Shown here: piece after piece, positions 12,795 to 26,100 of the stretch
Layout of the letters: each line of letters opens with the position of its first letter
How positions within the stretch are numbered: the first letter of the stretch is position 1
From: Eledone cirrhosa
Taxonomy: Eukaryota
NCBI GenBank assembly: GCA_964016885.1
Contig: OZ024751.1
Span: 31,124,001-31,188,000, forward strand
DNA length: 64,000 bases
Direction of reading: 5' to 3'
The notes under the pieces: model-generated
Databases searched by the model: none
Seen by the model: the letters and a program-made list of their open reading frames with translations, nothing else
Told to the model about the DNA's origin: nothing
Made by a program: the position numbers and the translations under genes

Positions 12795-12900
12795 TCTGAC
12801 AACTTCCGCTGCAGATCTTCATGTGAATAATTAAACAGGGGGACATAACTCTCACACAACCAACCACATACGCTACGTAAATAGCAGTCACGTGATCAAG
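12775..12900 (-). promoter_or_regulatory. Putative core promoter of the RabBD-exon gene
   Basis: YY1-like AAAATGGCAG at the second ATG, ETS-like CGGAAGT just upstream of the first ATG, and E-box GTCACGTGAT at ~12887-12896. CpG is locally retained. Confidence 0.45.
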
Positions 12901-12990
12901 CCTAATAGATTGCCACAGTGAAATTTAAGTTTTTGAAAATAACCAATATAAAAAAATAGACAAAACACACACACATACATGTGTGTGTGT

Positions 12991-13184
12991 GAAATTTGAA
13001 TTGTGTGCGTCCAAACGCAAATGACCATAATAACAGTTGATCACTATAAACAAACTAGAAAATCGTGAATGGTACCCCTGGAAACGGAACATTTTATTCC
13101 GTCTACAGGGGTACTTTCCCCGATTTTCTGTTATTGTTTATAGTGATCGACTATTACGATTAAAAGCACGGAATTCAAATTTTC
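12991..13184. repeat. Imperfect ~190-bp palindrome (MITE-like hairpin)
   Basis: GAAATTTGAATT pairs with AATTCAAATTTT, GATCACTATAAACAA with TTGTTTATAGTGATC, GTACCCCTG with CAGGGGTAC, and ACGGAA with TTCCGT; short central loop. Confidence 0.8.
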
Positions 13185-13382
13185 CAAATGCTTCTTAAGT
13201 CAATCATAAAACAAATACGCACACTCATATATTGTGGATATTATATGAATGAAACCGACTTATTTCAATTAGCTTAACTTATATCCCTCCCCGCAATCGA
13301 GATTTTGGCTTACGTTTATATATGTTTAAATGCTTCTCTGGGTTGATATACAATATATATTTTTCCATTGACATGCCTAACG

Positions 13383-13575
<193 letters not shown>

Positions 13576-13759
13576 CAATATCTTAAGGTTTTTATTTTCT
13601 TATTTAAAAACTATGTCCATGTCGAAGATAGCATCCTAACTAGAATGGACTGATTTGCTCAACATTTCATCTTTAGTCCTTGACAATTCACTTCAATATT
13701 AATAACTTCTGCTTGCAAATTCTATCAACCTATCAAACCTAGTGTTCAGATGCACTTCT

Positions 13760-14010
13760 TACCACAGCCACCAACCCATTAAATGTCTACTATACTATAC
13801 TACTTCATAGCCACTGACCCATTAAATGTTTACTATACTATACTACTTCACAGCCACTGACCCATTAAATGTCTACTATACTATACTACTTCACAGCCAC
13901 TGACCCATTAAATGTCTACTATACTATACTACTTCACAGCCACTGACCCATTAAATGTTTACTATACTACTTCACAGCCACCAACTCATTAAATGTTTAC
14001 TATATTATAC
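13760..14010. repeat. 43-bp minisatellite, ~6 copies
   Basis: ACTTCACAGCCACTGACCCATTAAATGTCTACTATACTATACT recurs at 13802, 13845, 13888 and 13931. Confidence 0.9.
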
Positions 14011-15129
14011 TATTTTTGCTTCCATATAAAATGTTTTTGCAGAGAACAAGCAAGAACTTGAATATAGCAAGTAAAATATGCAGCTAAATGAAGTAATGTC
14101 ATATTTAACAATGACTCATTGATTAGAGAAGCTAAAAGTAATAATGAGCAGCCATGGCCTGCCCAAGTAGCTTGTTAGAAATAGCAACTAAGCTCTAGTG
14201 ATTACATTAATATAGTTAAGAATATGAAGCTAGATGATAGAACTCTTATTTCTGTTGGGAATAAAAAAAATATAAGAGTGTGTTGTAGTTTGCTTGAAGA
14301 ATTGTGCAGTGTTATTCGAAGACTATGCCAATGCAAAATGGACAGTAGATTTTGGAATAAATTGAAGGCAATGAAGATGATGGTGGTGTGTCACCTGTTA
14401 TTTTATTTACCTATCCTAATATTTCAGGTCTAAAAGCCCTTTGTCAGATGACTATAATGAGAAACTAGCTCAGAATTTGTGCTTTTGTCTGACTTTAGCA
14501 AATTTCTCGGATATGAAATAAGGACCGTCTGACCCATGCTAGCGTGGAAAATGAACGTTAAACGAAAATGATGGTGATGATGAGATAGAAAGGGGAAACG
14601 AGACGGAGATAGAGAGAGGAAATAGACAGAAAGAATTGACCCCCAGTATTGGACTGGCACTTTTTTTATCAATCTTGAAAGGATGAAAGTTGACTGTGGC
14701 AGGATTTGAAAAAAACCCCACTGAAGTGCCAAACAACAACAACAATAATAATGTGCTATAGGAGAAACAACAACAGCATTAAGGTGTCGAGAGCAACAAA
14801 GTTATGTTTGCCAGTCACCTACATATAAAAATAGAGTTACTTAGAAATACTGTCATTTATTACAAGATAATAGATGTAAACATTAAAACATGTAGAAACC
14901 AAACTTCTCTTCTTTTTCTAGTATAAACGACACAGAAAAGCACGCTTGTAAATTTAACATGTAAGTGGCTGAGCATTCCACAGACATGTTCTCTTAACAT
15001 AGTTCTTAGGGAAGTTCAGCATATTTCTTGCAGATGTTGACTCAAAAAGTCAAATTTAACAAACCCTATCACTCTCCCATTAGACACATTGAAATCATAA
15101 GTAAATCACACAGACCACTACAAAGGTGC

Positions 15130-15770
15130 ATAGGCCACATCGAAAGCACACACAGGCCACAACAAAAGCACACACAGGCCACAACAAAAGCACACACAGG
15201 CCACAACAAAAGCACACACAGGCCACAACAAAAGCACACACTGGCCACAACAAAAGCACACACTGGCCACAACAAAAGCACACACTGGCCACAACAAAAG
15301 CACACACTGGCCACAACAAAAGCACACACTGGCCACAACAAAAGCACACACTGGCCACAACAAAAGCACACACTGGCCACAACAAAAGCACACACAGGCC
15401 ACAACAAAAGCACACACAGGCCACAACAAAAGCACACACTGGCCACAACAAAAGCACACACGGGCCACAACAAAAGCACACACGGGCCACAACAAAAGCA
15501 CACACGGGCCACAACAAAAGCACACACAGGCCACAACAAAAGCACACACAGGCCACAACAAAAGCACACACAGGCCACAACAAAAACACACACTGGCCAC
15601 AACAAAAACACACACTGGCCACAACAAAAACACACACTGGCCACAACAAAAGCACACACTGGCCACAACAAAAGCACACACTGGCCACAACAAAAGCACA
15701 CACTGGCCACAACAAAAGCACACACTGGCCACAACAAAAGCACACACAGGCCACAACAAAAGCATACTCA
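15130..15770. repeat. 22-bp minisatellite, ~29 copies
   Basis: Unit GGCCACAACAAAAGCACACAC(A/T); explains five overlapping ORFs on both strands. Confidence 0.95.
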
Positions 15771-15787
15771 GGTCACATCAATCTCAC

Positions 15788-15819
15788 CAGTCTTGACGAT
15801 TTGCAATGTTCTGACTAAA
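15788..15819 (-). CDS. Candidate 32-nt internal exon (FSQNIANRQD+TG), unknown product
   Basis: Acceptor TTTTTTTTTATAG and donor CTG|GTGAGA. Phase-0 entry is compatible with exon 17693-17752. Confidence 0.5.
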
Positions 15820-16156
15820 CTATAAAAAAAACAAAGTTTCACTGCAACAATTTCAAATGCAATATTATCATAAATATTTCCCACCAAAGACAGTTTACAT
15901 TTATCAAATAATCTATGTAGGTCTTCTTAGTTTCCTTACACAAATTTATATTTTTACATTTACTACATTCTAGCACGAATTGGATAAAACTTTTTGAGGC
16001 AAAATTTTATGTGATGCCAATCCTTTTGGTCGACTTTCACAACAAGCTATAAGGTATACTTATTCTAAAAATTAGGATACAAAATTATTTAAAGAAATTC
16101 TATCAACACACAGAAAGTAAAATTGGTTAGTTCCAACTGCATACCAAAGTATTTGG

Positions 16157-16374
16157 TACAAGGGTCAGCTGAAAGGTTCATAGGCTGACTATGAAGGAGT
16201 GATACTAGAGCTGTGAAATCTTGCATGCATTAATTTCAACTCTTCTTGTGTATAATAGTATCGTTTCTTTCCAAAAACCATGTTGAAAATTAAACCTCAT
16301 TTGGTCATTCCATGAGAGTATCTTGGTTAGCCTATGGATTTTTTAGCCTATGAACTTTTCAGTTGACCCTCATA
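16157..16374. mobile_element. mariner-derived MITE
   Basis: TIRs TAC(A/G)AGGG..GCTGAAA.GTTCATAGGC / GCCTATGAACTTTTCAG..GACCCTC.TA with TA ends. Copies at 34511-34653, ~41320-41412, 56536-56737, 58718-58830 and 61870-62177. Confidence 0.8.
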
Positions 16375-17692
16375 TGTGGTTGATAATAATAATAACTACT
16401 GTATTCTAAATATTTCAACTATTTTTGAAATGTTAAATGGTTAGGGTAGGGTTAGGTACTTAGCTTTAGAAAGTTTTAAATGACAAAAAAAAAAAAAAAA
16501 ATTGAATGAAATGATATAATGATTGTGATGATTGTGAACAGCTTGGTGTAAAGATAAAGTGGGAAACATTATTCCAATTGTTATTATAAGTTTATATGTA
16601 AATTGACAGCAAATAATTCTAGAATATTATTATACATTGGATGACAGCCTCATATAAATTTCACAGAAGAAAAATAAACAATAGATTATTTAAAGATTCA
16701 TGACAAAACAGCGTAATTATAGTCAAAATAATCCAAAAATATCAGAACAAATAAAACTGAAATAAATTCCTCTACATCGGTTTAGAGAATATAATCAGAA
16801 ACAATGAGGTCAGCTGAGAGAATTAAAAATCAAACGTTGCCAGAATCATAGAATTTAGATTCATCCATTTTATATAGGTCAACAAAAAACGACTATCCCA
16901 CACTGTAAAGTGATCATGTAGGTGTCACAACAAAAAACATCTAACCCACACTGTAAAGTGGTCATATAGGTATCATGACAAAAAGTGACCAGTCTACAAT
17001 CTAAAATGGTCATGTAGGCGTCACGACAAAAAGTGCCCAGCTCACACTGTAAAGGGGTCATTTAGGTTACATGATAAAAAACACCCAGTCCACACTGTAA
17101 ATGTGGTTGGCATTAGGAAGGGTATCCAGTCATAAATACCAAGCCAGAATCAGTTCTATATGAGCATGACATGGTCATCTGATCTGACTTGTCTCACAAT
17201 GAGACAATTCATCTAACCCATGCTAGCATGGAAAAAATGGATGTTAAATTATGATGATATGTATTTAATATATTTATTTATGGACCAGTAACTTCTGAAG
17301 GAGTTGTAGGGTTACTGTCACCACATATGGTGTGTCTTGGGTATTTTAAACCTGGCAGAGGACCAGAACTGTTTCATATGGTGATGAAATCATCAAAAAA
17401 CCTCCATGATTTCATCACTGAATGAAACAGTACCAGTTATATAAGAAAACACTCCTAAATGAAATAAGATTATACATATGATATTTTGGCACCTAAGGCC
17501 ACACAGTTGAAGAAAAAAGAAAAACATGGTTGGGGTATTTGGTTATGTTCCTTTATATTTGGGGTTGAAATCCTGCCCAGGTACATTTTGCTTTTCATTC
17601 TTCTAAGAAATAAGCACTGGGTGTGAGATCATTGACTCTAGCCATTTTTGACTCCATCAGCAAAGGAGAAAGAAGAGAGATGAAATACTTAC

Positions 17693-17752
17693 AGAGACGT
17701 TTTCTCTGGATTTGGTACTAGAATCAAATGGACGAGCATTTTGATTTGATCC
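17693..17752 (-). CDS. Candidate 60-nt internal exon (GSNQNARPFDSSTKSRENVS), unknown product
   Basis: Acceptor CCTTATTTTTCAG and donor TCT|GTAAGT. Length is a multiple of 3, the frame is open and the sequence is unique. Confidence 0.6.
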
Positions 17753-18231
17753 CTGAAAAATAAGGTAGAAATAGTTTTAAGAAAAAGAAATCATTATCAG
17801 CATTATCAGTACTACTAGCATGTTACCTGTCATTTGTCAGGTAATTTTTGGGAGTTTACATTTACAACTATTAGTTATCAGGAGATAAATGGATAAAACT
17901 AAATATATAGAAATATATAGAAATAAAAAATATATAAAGACTGGTGTGCTCATGTGCAGAAATGCTGTAAAATAGGATGAAGACCCTTAAAAGATGAGAA
18001 AAGAAGTTACCATTGGCCACTATACACACACACACACACACACACGTTGGTAATGCTGGTGCCAGGATGTAAAGCACCCAGTCCACCCTGTGTTGACATA
18101 GGACCAAGGCCAGTTTAGTGCCAAAAGGGTTAACATAGAACCAAGGCCAGTTTCAAACAGTTTCATACCAAAAGGGTTAATTTACTATTTTCTTTACTTT
18201 CAATACATTGGAAAGTAAAACAAATAGTTAA

Positions 18232-18550
18232 GTAACAAGGACCACCAGTCTCCAGAAGTATCTGGAATATAACCTTGCTCAGTATGTAGGAGTGTGTACA
18301 CAGTAACAAGGACCACCAGTCTCCAGAAGTATCTGGAATATAACCTTGCTCAGTATGTAGGAGTGTGTACACAGTAACAAGGACCACCAGTCTCCAGAAG
18401 TATCTGGAATATAACCTTGCTCAGTATGTAGGAGTGTGTACACAGTAACAAGGACCACCAGTCTCCAGAAGTATCTGGAATATAACCTTGCTCAGTATGT
18501 AGGTGTACACAGTAACAAGGACCACCAGCCACCGGTAATATCTGGGATAT
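18232..18550. repeat. 71-bp minisatellite, ~4.5 copies
   Basis: GTAACAAGGACCACCAGTCTCCAGAAG... recurs at 18232, 18303, 18374 and 18445. Confidence 0.95.
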
Positions 18551-19773
18551 AAGCTTAGTGTGTACACAAACAAAATACAATAGTGTGGTTGGTGAAAGGT
18601 ATGGTGGAACCACTGACAAAGAACCTGAACTGCGTATGCACCAGACAGACAAAAATAATTAGCAACAGGAGAGAGGAAATATAAATTAAAGATCAAGGAC
18701 ATCTCAAATGACCATAGGAAGCATTTGAAAAAGTCTGCCACCTAGCTGTGATAATTACAGGCTCCTCTTGCATTGACTTGTGTTGTTGGATCTGTTTCCA
18801 ATGACGTGTGTTCCAGTTGATTCAGTCAATGGAATTGCCTGCTTGTGAATTTAATATGTAAGTGGCTGAGCATTCCACAGACACGTGCATCGGTAATGTA
18901 TTTCTCAGGGAGATTTACGATGACACTGTGTGTCATCACTGGTCTCGTCAATTTCAGGCAGAGCTCAATTTTGCTATCATGGTGGATATATTGGATAATA
19001 GAGTATAGAATATACTGTTTCTAAAAATAATAATAAGACAGTGTGGTCCATGACTGTCTTTGAAGTTAGGTTTGCTCAACCAGGGTTGTTTGAGAGCTAA
19101 AGGGGAAAGTCGATTAAATCGACCTCAGTGCATTACTGGTACTTTCTTTTATTGATCCCATAAGGATGAAAGGCAAAGCTAACCTTAGGGGAATTTGAAC
19201 TCAGAACATAAAGGGCCGTAACTATGCCACAAAGTAGGGTGTCCAACACTACCAATACTACTAATCCATAATAGGCCAGCAATTACCCCAGTACATTACT
19301 GGTGCTTTATTTTATTGACCCCATAAGGATGAAAGACAAAGTTATCCTCAGCAGGATTTGAATTCAGAACGTAAAGGGCCATAACTATGCTGCAAAGCAT
19401 GGTGTCTAATGCTCTACTGATACTGCCAATCCACCAATAGTGTTTGTATATGAATATTTCTGTAAAGTTAGGTTTGAAAATGTGACTAATGGAATTTGCA
19501 GGCATGTGAAAATGATGAGACTAGGAGAAAAACATAGAAAGGAAGTTGATTATAGATACAACTGGTGTTGTCATTTAGATATTTCTAAACATTTAAACTA
19601 AAAATACATAGAATGGAATGGGGTAATGTATTGAACTTGTATACTCAGTGGTTTCTAAATATTTAAACTATAATGTTTATATTTCTAATGAGTTTATTTG
19701 CTAATGGAAGTCTTGAGACCTTAACTTCATTGCTAAGACATTGAAACAGACAGACAGACAGGCCATGCATCCT

Positions 19774-20001
19774 TTAACCCTTTAATGTTCAAACTGGCCA
19801 AAACTGGCCAGAATTTTCTACCTCTTTCTGATGAAACTGGCTGTAACTGATCGCTCAAACTGATGTTAAGGTATTGTTCTCAAAATAAATACTTTCAAAA
19901 TCTCATAGATTCGATATTATGCGAGATAATTATGTGAGGTAAAGCTTTTACCATGGAAATATAATAGTATATATAGAATAATGTGAATGCTAAAGGGTTA
20001 A
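19774..20001. mobile_element. piggyBac-like MITE
   Basis: TTAA-CCCTTTA...TAAAGGG-TTAA termini. Confidence 0.75.
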
Positions 20002-20004
20002 AAC

Positions 20005-20192
20005 CTCCATGCTTCCTGAGATTCGCCAACACTACACCTAATATTCCCCCTCCATACACACGCACACATGTATATCATGACTCATACACTATTCACTTCC
20101 CTGACATTTGTATATTATTCTATGTACTATAATTGCACCTTTGATGAGTTGTAGTGCACCTGAGCACTGTACACAATAATTTCATTATTATT
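20005..20192 (+). mobile_element. 3' end of a CR1/L2-type LINE (or a LINE-tailed SINE) with an (ATT)n tail
   Basis: TTTGATGAGTTGTAGTGCACCTGAGCACTGTACACAATAATTTCATTATT, also found at ~22110-22200, ~22665-22760, 36610-36855 (-) and 60930-61040. Confidence 0.75.
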
Positions 20193-21459
20193 TTAAACAG
20201 ACTGGTGGACAGACAGACGGGAAGGCAGATGAGTCTCTGGGAGACGCTGCCCTATACATATATCATCCTGAGTAAAATCGGTTACCTCTATCTCTCCCAG
20301 CCCACCTTCTTTCCTAGTTATTCAATAATGTCAACAACATTGTAGTCCTTTATCTTTACAGCACCATGGAATAAAATTAACTTCTATAATAACCTATATA
20401 AACAAGAAAAATGTTCCAACAAAGTTTGTGTCTTGCTGTTTACATTAGATGCGAACATGTGGTAGAGGAGAAAATATGAAAAGGGTGGCAGGAGGGAGTA
20501 GGTCCTTGACACACAACTTTACTTGGAACTGGACCCGTCAACTATTTCCTCTCCCACATAACTCTAACCCTTCAGGCCTAAGTAGAAATATAATTATATT
20601 CTAGTATCTATTCTAACTTTATAACTAAGAATACTGAATTTTCATTGGACAATTCATGTGTAATAGACAGAGAGAGACAGGGAGAGAGATATACAGAGAG
20701 ATATGAGAGAGAGATATACGGAGAGAGAGAACATCATCTCCACTTAAATCTATCTGCCATTGAACCTGGTATTTTGAACACAGAATTAACAAAGCAACAT
20801 AACTTGAGAAACATTCTTAACATAAAATTATGATGGCAGGTTTTTAGATAAATATAAACTCTCTAAAATAAACACTTTTCTACCATAGATCCAAGGCCAG
20901 CTTCTGGCTGTCTGGTATCAAAAAGGGGGTTAATAAATGAGGAAATTCCAGTGTACTACACTTAAATATATTTTCTCATTGTTTGTATTTGTATTTCTAT
21001 CCAGGCACAAGATCAGACATGGAGAAAACTGTATGGTGAATTAATCTAAATAAATAAAACTTAACTATCGTATTGTTATTTATTAGTAGTAGTATTGGAC
21101 GACATGCTTTCAAGCATAGTTACGTCCCTTTATGATCTGAGTTCAAATCCCGCCGAGGTTGACTTTGCCTTTCATCCTTACGGGGTCGATAAAATAAAGT
21201 ACCAGTAATGCACTGGGTAATTGCTGGCCTTGTGCCTAAAGTAGAAACAATTATTAGTATTGTTATTTGTTGTGTTAGTATTTATTAAAGTGAAACACTC
21301 CTCCTGTATTATATTGGTTGTAGAAATAAAAAAAAAATCAATAACTTTATTTGTTATATGAAACAAAGTTGTCCTTCACCAGCTTGTGGTTTACTAAAGA
21401 TTTGTTCAGGAAATTTAATGACCTTTGTGTGTGTGTGTGTATGAGTATCTAGGCATAGC

Positions 21460-22015
21460 TGTGTTGAGTGTATATCACTGTGTGTGCAGGTATAACTGTG
21501 TTGAGTGTATATCACTGTGTGTGCAGGTATAACTGTGTTGAGTGTATATCACTGTGTGTGCAGGTATATGTGTGAGTGTATATCACTGTATATGTACATG
21601 TGTAGGTATGACTGTATGATGTACTTATATCACTGTGTGAGTGTGTGCAGGCATAGCTGTATGGAGTGTGTGTGTGGAGTGAAGTTTGTATATATATCAT
21701 TGTATGTAGGTATGTGTTCATCACGTGTGTATATCACTGTGTGTGTGTATATCACTGTGTGCAGGTATAACTGTGTGTGTATAACACTGTGTGCAGGTAT
21801 AACCGTGTGTGTATATCACTGTGTGTGTGTATATCACTGTGTGCAGGTATAACTGTGTGTGCAGGTATAACCGTGTGTGTATATCACTGTGTGTGCAGGT
21901 ATAACTGTGTGTGTATATCACTGTGTGCAGGTATAACTGTGTGTGTATATCACTGTGTGTGCAGGTATAACTGTGTGTGTATATCACTGTGTGTGCAGGT
22001 GTGTATATATCATTG
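21460..22015. repeat. Degenerate TG-rich minisatellite (GTATATCACTGTGTGTGCAGGTATAACTGTGT)
   Basis: Direct tandem repetition with variable (TG)n. Confidence 0.9.
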
Positions 22016-23002
22016 TATGTAGGTATGTGTTCATCACGTGTGTGTGTGTTACGATGAAGTCATTATCTTAGTGAGAAAGACAAAAGCTTCTGTTTAATAT
22101 AAGATAAGATGTACATTATTCTATATACTATACATACACCTTTGATGAGTTGAAGTGCACCTGAGCACTGTACACAATAATTTTCATTATTATATTATAT
22201 TGTAAAAATAATAATAATAATTTACGAAATTTCAGTTTGTTTTATTATATAAATTTAAAGTGGTCATGTAGGTGTCGTGACAAAAAGCACCCAGTCCACA
22301 CTGTAAAATGGTTGCATTAGTGACACGATAAAAAGCACACAGTACTCACTGTATACGAGGTTGGCATTAGGAAGGGCATCCAACTGTAGAAACCAAGCCA
22401 AAATCGGTTCTGTATGAGCAAGACATGGTCCCCTGACCTAGCATTGCCTACAACAGGACAACTTGTCTAACCCATGCTAGCGTGAAGAAATGGACGTAAA
22501 ATGGTGATGATAATTAACTGTTTGAAAGTTGTTGTAAATGGCTGAGAGAACAAGACAAATCCATACAGTTTACAGTAAACTAGGTTTCTATTGTATACAG
22601 AATTAATTGTTGTAAATCAGACACACAAAAACAACAACATCAACACTATAATTTGTACTCTGTTTACTTTCCCGACATTTGTACATTATTTTATGTACTA
22701 AACATACAGCTTTGATAAGTTGTAGTTCTCCTGAGCACTGTACACAATAATTTCATTATTATCAATATCTTATTGTAATTAGGAAATGGAAAAGAAAAAT
22801 ATATTAAGCAACAAAGGAAAGGGGAAAGAGAGAGAGAGACTTACACCCCAGTCTGAGATGTATGTTTCGAGTGCTACCCGTAGACAAAATGGTGGAAGTG
22901 CTGCTGTGGAGGATGGCCAGCGACACCCACTGCTATAGCCACATCACCTCAGTTCTACGTAGATGCATGCTTGCATCATGCCAATATGAGTACAAGCATA
23001 CC

Positions 23003-26000
23003 CATTCACATATCACAGTGGAGTAACGTGTGTTAATAGGGAACTATGTTACACATTCACATATCACTGTGGACTAACATGTGTTAACAGGAACTATGTT
23101 ACATATTCACATATCACAGTGGAGTAACGTGTGTTAACAGGCACTATGTTACATATTCACATATCACTGTGGACTAACGTGTGATAACAGGAACTATGTT
23201 ACATATTCACATATCACTGTGGATTAACATGTGTTAACAGGAACTATGTTACACATTCACATATCACTGTGGATTAACATGTGTTAACAGGAACTATGTT
23301 ACATATTCACATATCACTGTGGATTAACATGTGTTAACAGGAACTATGTTACATGTTCACATATCACTGGACTAACGTGTGTTAACAGGGACTATGTTAC
23401 ATATTCACATATCACTGTGGATTAACATGTGTTAACAGGAACTATGTTACATGTTCACATATCACTGGACTAACGTGTGTTAACAGGAACTATGTTATAT
23501 ATTCACATATCACTGGACTAACGCGTGTTAACAGGAACTATGTTACCCATTCACATATCACAGTCGAGTAACGTGTGTTAACAGGAACTATGTTACACAT
23601 TCACATATCACTGTGGATTAACATGTGTTAACAGGAACTATGTTACACATTCACATATCACTGTGGATTAACATGTGTTAACAGGAACTATGTTACACAT
23701 TCACATATCACTGTGGAGTAACGTGTGTTAACAGGAACTATGTTACACATTCACATATCACTGTGGACTAACGTGTGTTAACAGGAACTATGTAACACAT
23801 TCACATATCACTGTGGATTAACGTGTGTTAACAGGAACTATGTTACCCATTCACATATCACTGGACTAACGTGTGTTAACAGGAACTATGTTACACATTC
23901 ACATATCACTGTGGATTAACATGTGTTAACAGGAACTATGTTACATATTCACATATCACTGTGGACTAACGTGTGTTAACAGGAACTATGTTACATATTC
24001 ACATATCACTGTGGACTAACGTGTGTTAACAGGAACTATGTTACATATTCACATATCACTGTGGACTAACGTGTGTTAACAGGAACTATGTTACACATTC
24101 ACATATCACTGTGGAGTAACGTGTGTTAACAGGAACTATGTTACCCATTCACATATCACTGTGGATTAACATGTGTTAACAGGAACTATGTTATATATTC
24201 ACATATCACTGGACTAACGTGTGTTAACAGGAACTATGTTACCCATTCACATATCACAGTGGAGTAACGTGTGTTAACAGGAACTATGTTACACTTTCAC
24301 ATATCACTGTGGATTAACATGTGTTAACAGGAACTATGTTACACATTCACATATCACTGTGGAGTAACGTGTGTTAACAGGAACTATGTTACACATTCAC
24401 ATATCACTGTGGTCTAACGTGTGTTAACAGGAACTATGTTATATATTCACATATCACTGGACTAACGTGTGTTAACAGGAACTATGTTACCCATTCACAT
24501 ATCACAGTGGAGTAACGTGTGTTAACAGGAACTATGTTACACATTCACATATCACTGGAGTAACGTGTGTTAACAGGAACTATGTTACACATTCACATAT
24601 CACTGGACTAACGTGTGTTAACAGGAACTATGTTACACATTCACATATCACTGTGGATTAACGTGTGTTAACAGGAACTATGTTACACATTCACATATCA
24701 CTGTGGACTAACGTGTGTTAACAGGAACTATGTTACACATTCACATATCACTGTGGACTAATGTGTGTTAACAGGAACTATGTTACCCATTCACATATCA
24801 CTGGACTAACGTGTGTTAACAGGAACTATGTTACACATTCACATATCACTGTGGACTAACGTGTGTTAACAGGAACTATGTTACCCATTCACATATCACT
24901 GGACTAACGTGTGTTAACAGGAACTATGTTACACATTCACATATCACTGTGGATTAACATGTGTTAACAGGAACTATGTTACCCATTCACATATCACTGG
25001 ACTAACGTGTGTTAACAGGAACTATGTTACACATTCACATATCACTGTGGATTAACATGTGTTAACAGGAACTATGTTACATATTCACATATCACTGTGG
25101 ATTAACATGTGTTAACAGGAACTATGTTACATATTCACATATCACTGTGGACTAACGTGTGTTAACAGGAACTATGTTACACATTCACATATCACTGTGG
25201 ATTAACATGTGTTAACAGGAACTATGTTACATATTCACATATCACTGTGGACTAACGTGTGTTAACAGGAACTATGTTACATATTCACATATCACAGTGG
25301 AGTAACGTGTGTTAACAGGAACTATGTTACATATTCACATATCACTGTGGATTAACATGTGTTAACAGGAACTATGTTACACATTCACATATCACTGGAC
25401 TAACGTGTGTTAACAGGAACTATGTTACACATTCACATATCACTGTGGATTAACATGTGTTAACAGGACTATGTTACATATTCACATATCACTGTGGACT
25501 AACGTGTGTTAACAGGAACTATGTTACATATTCACATATCACTGTGGACTAACGTGTGTTAACAGGAACTATGTTACATATTCACATATCACTGTGGATT
25601 AACATGTGTTAACAGGAACTATGTTACATATTCACATATCACTGTGGATTAACATGTGTTAACAGGAACTATGTTACCCATTCACATATCACTGGACTAA
25701 CGTGTGTTAACAGGAACTATGTTACATATTCACATATCACTGTGGATGAACATGTGTTAACAGGAACTATGTTACATGTTCACATATCACTGTGGACTAA
25801 CGTGTGTTAACAGGAACTATGTTACATATTCACATATCACCGTGGATTAACATGTGTTAACAGGAACTATGTTACCCATTCACATATCAGTGGACTAACG
25901 TGTGTTAACAGGAACTATGTTACACATTCACATATCACAGTGGAGTAACATGTGTTAACAGGAACTATGTTACCCATTCACATATCACTGGACTAACGTG

Positions 26001-26100
26001 TGTTAACAGGAACTATGTTACACATTCACATATCACTGGACTAACGTGTGTTAACAGGAACTATGTTACACATTCACATATCACTGGATTAACATGTGGT
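23003..26100. repeat. 50-bp (48-bp variant) satellite, ~60 copies
   Basis: Unit TTCACATATCACTGTGGACTAACGTGTGTTAACAGGAACTATGTTACACA; copies start at 23056, 23106, 23156 and onward. Confidence 0.98.

Noticed and set aside
13700-13738. Possible terminal exon (W)FDRLIEFASRSY* completing the orphan exon chain
   Set aside because: Phase-compatible, but the acceptor lacks a pyrimidine tract; too weak to call.
15028-15825. Five overlapping 215-265 aa ORFs
   Set aside because: 22-bp tandem repeat artefact.
22845-22980. Possible minus-strand exon ending at GGT|GTAAGT (22844)
   Set aside because: The donor is good and the sequence GC-richer, but I found no convincing acceptor or frame compatible with neighbouring exons. 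Left unresolved.
23003-26100. CRISPR-like regular array
   Set aside because: Units are contiguous with no unique spacers, there are no cas genes, and the context is eukaryotic.
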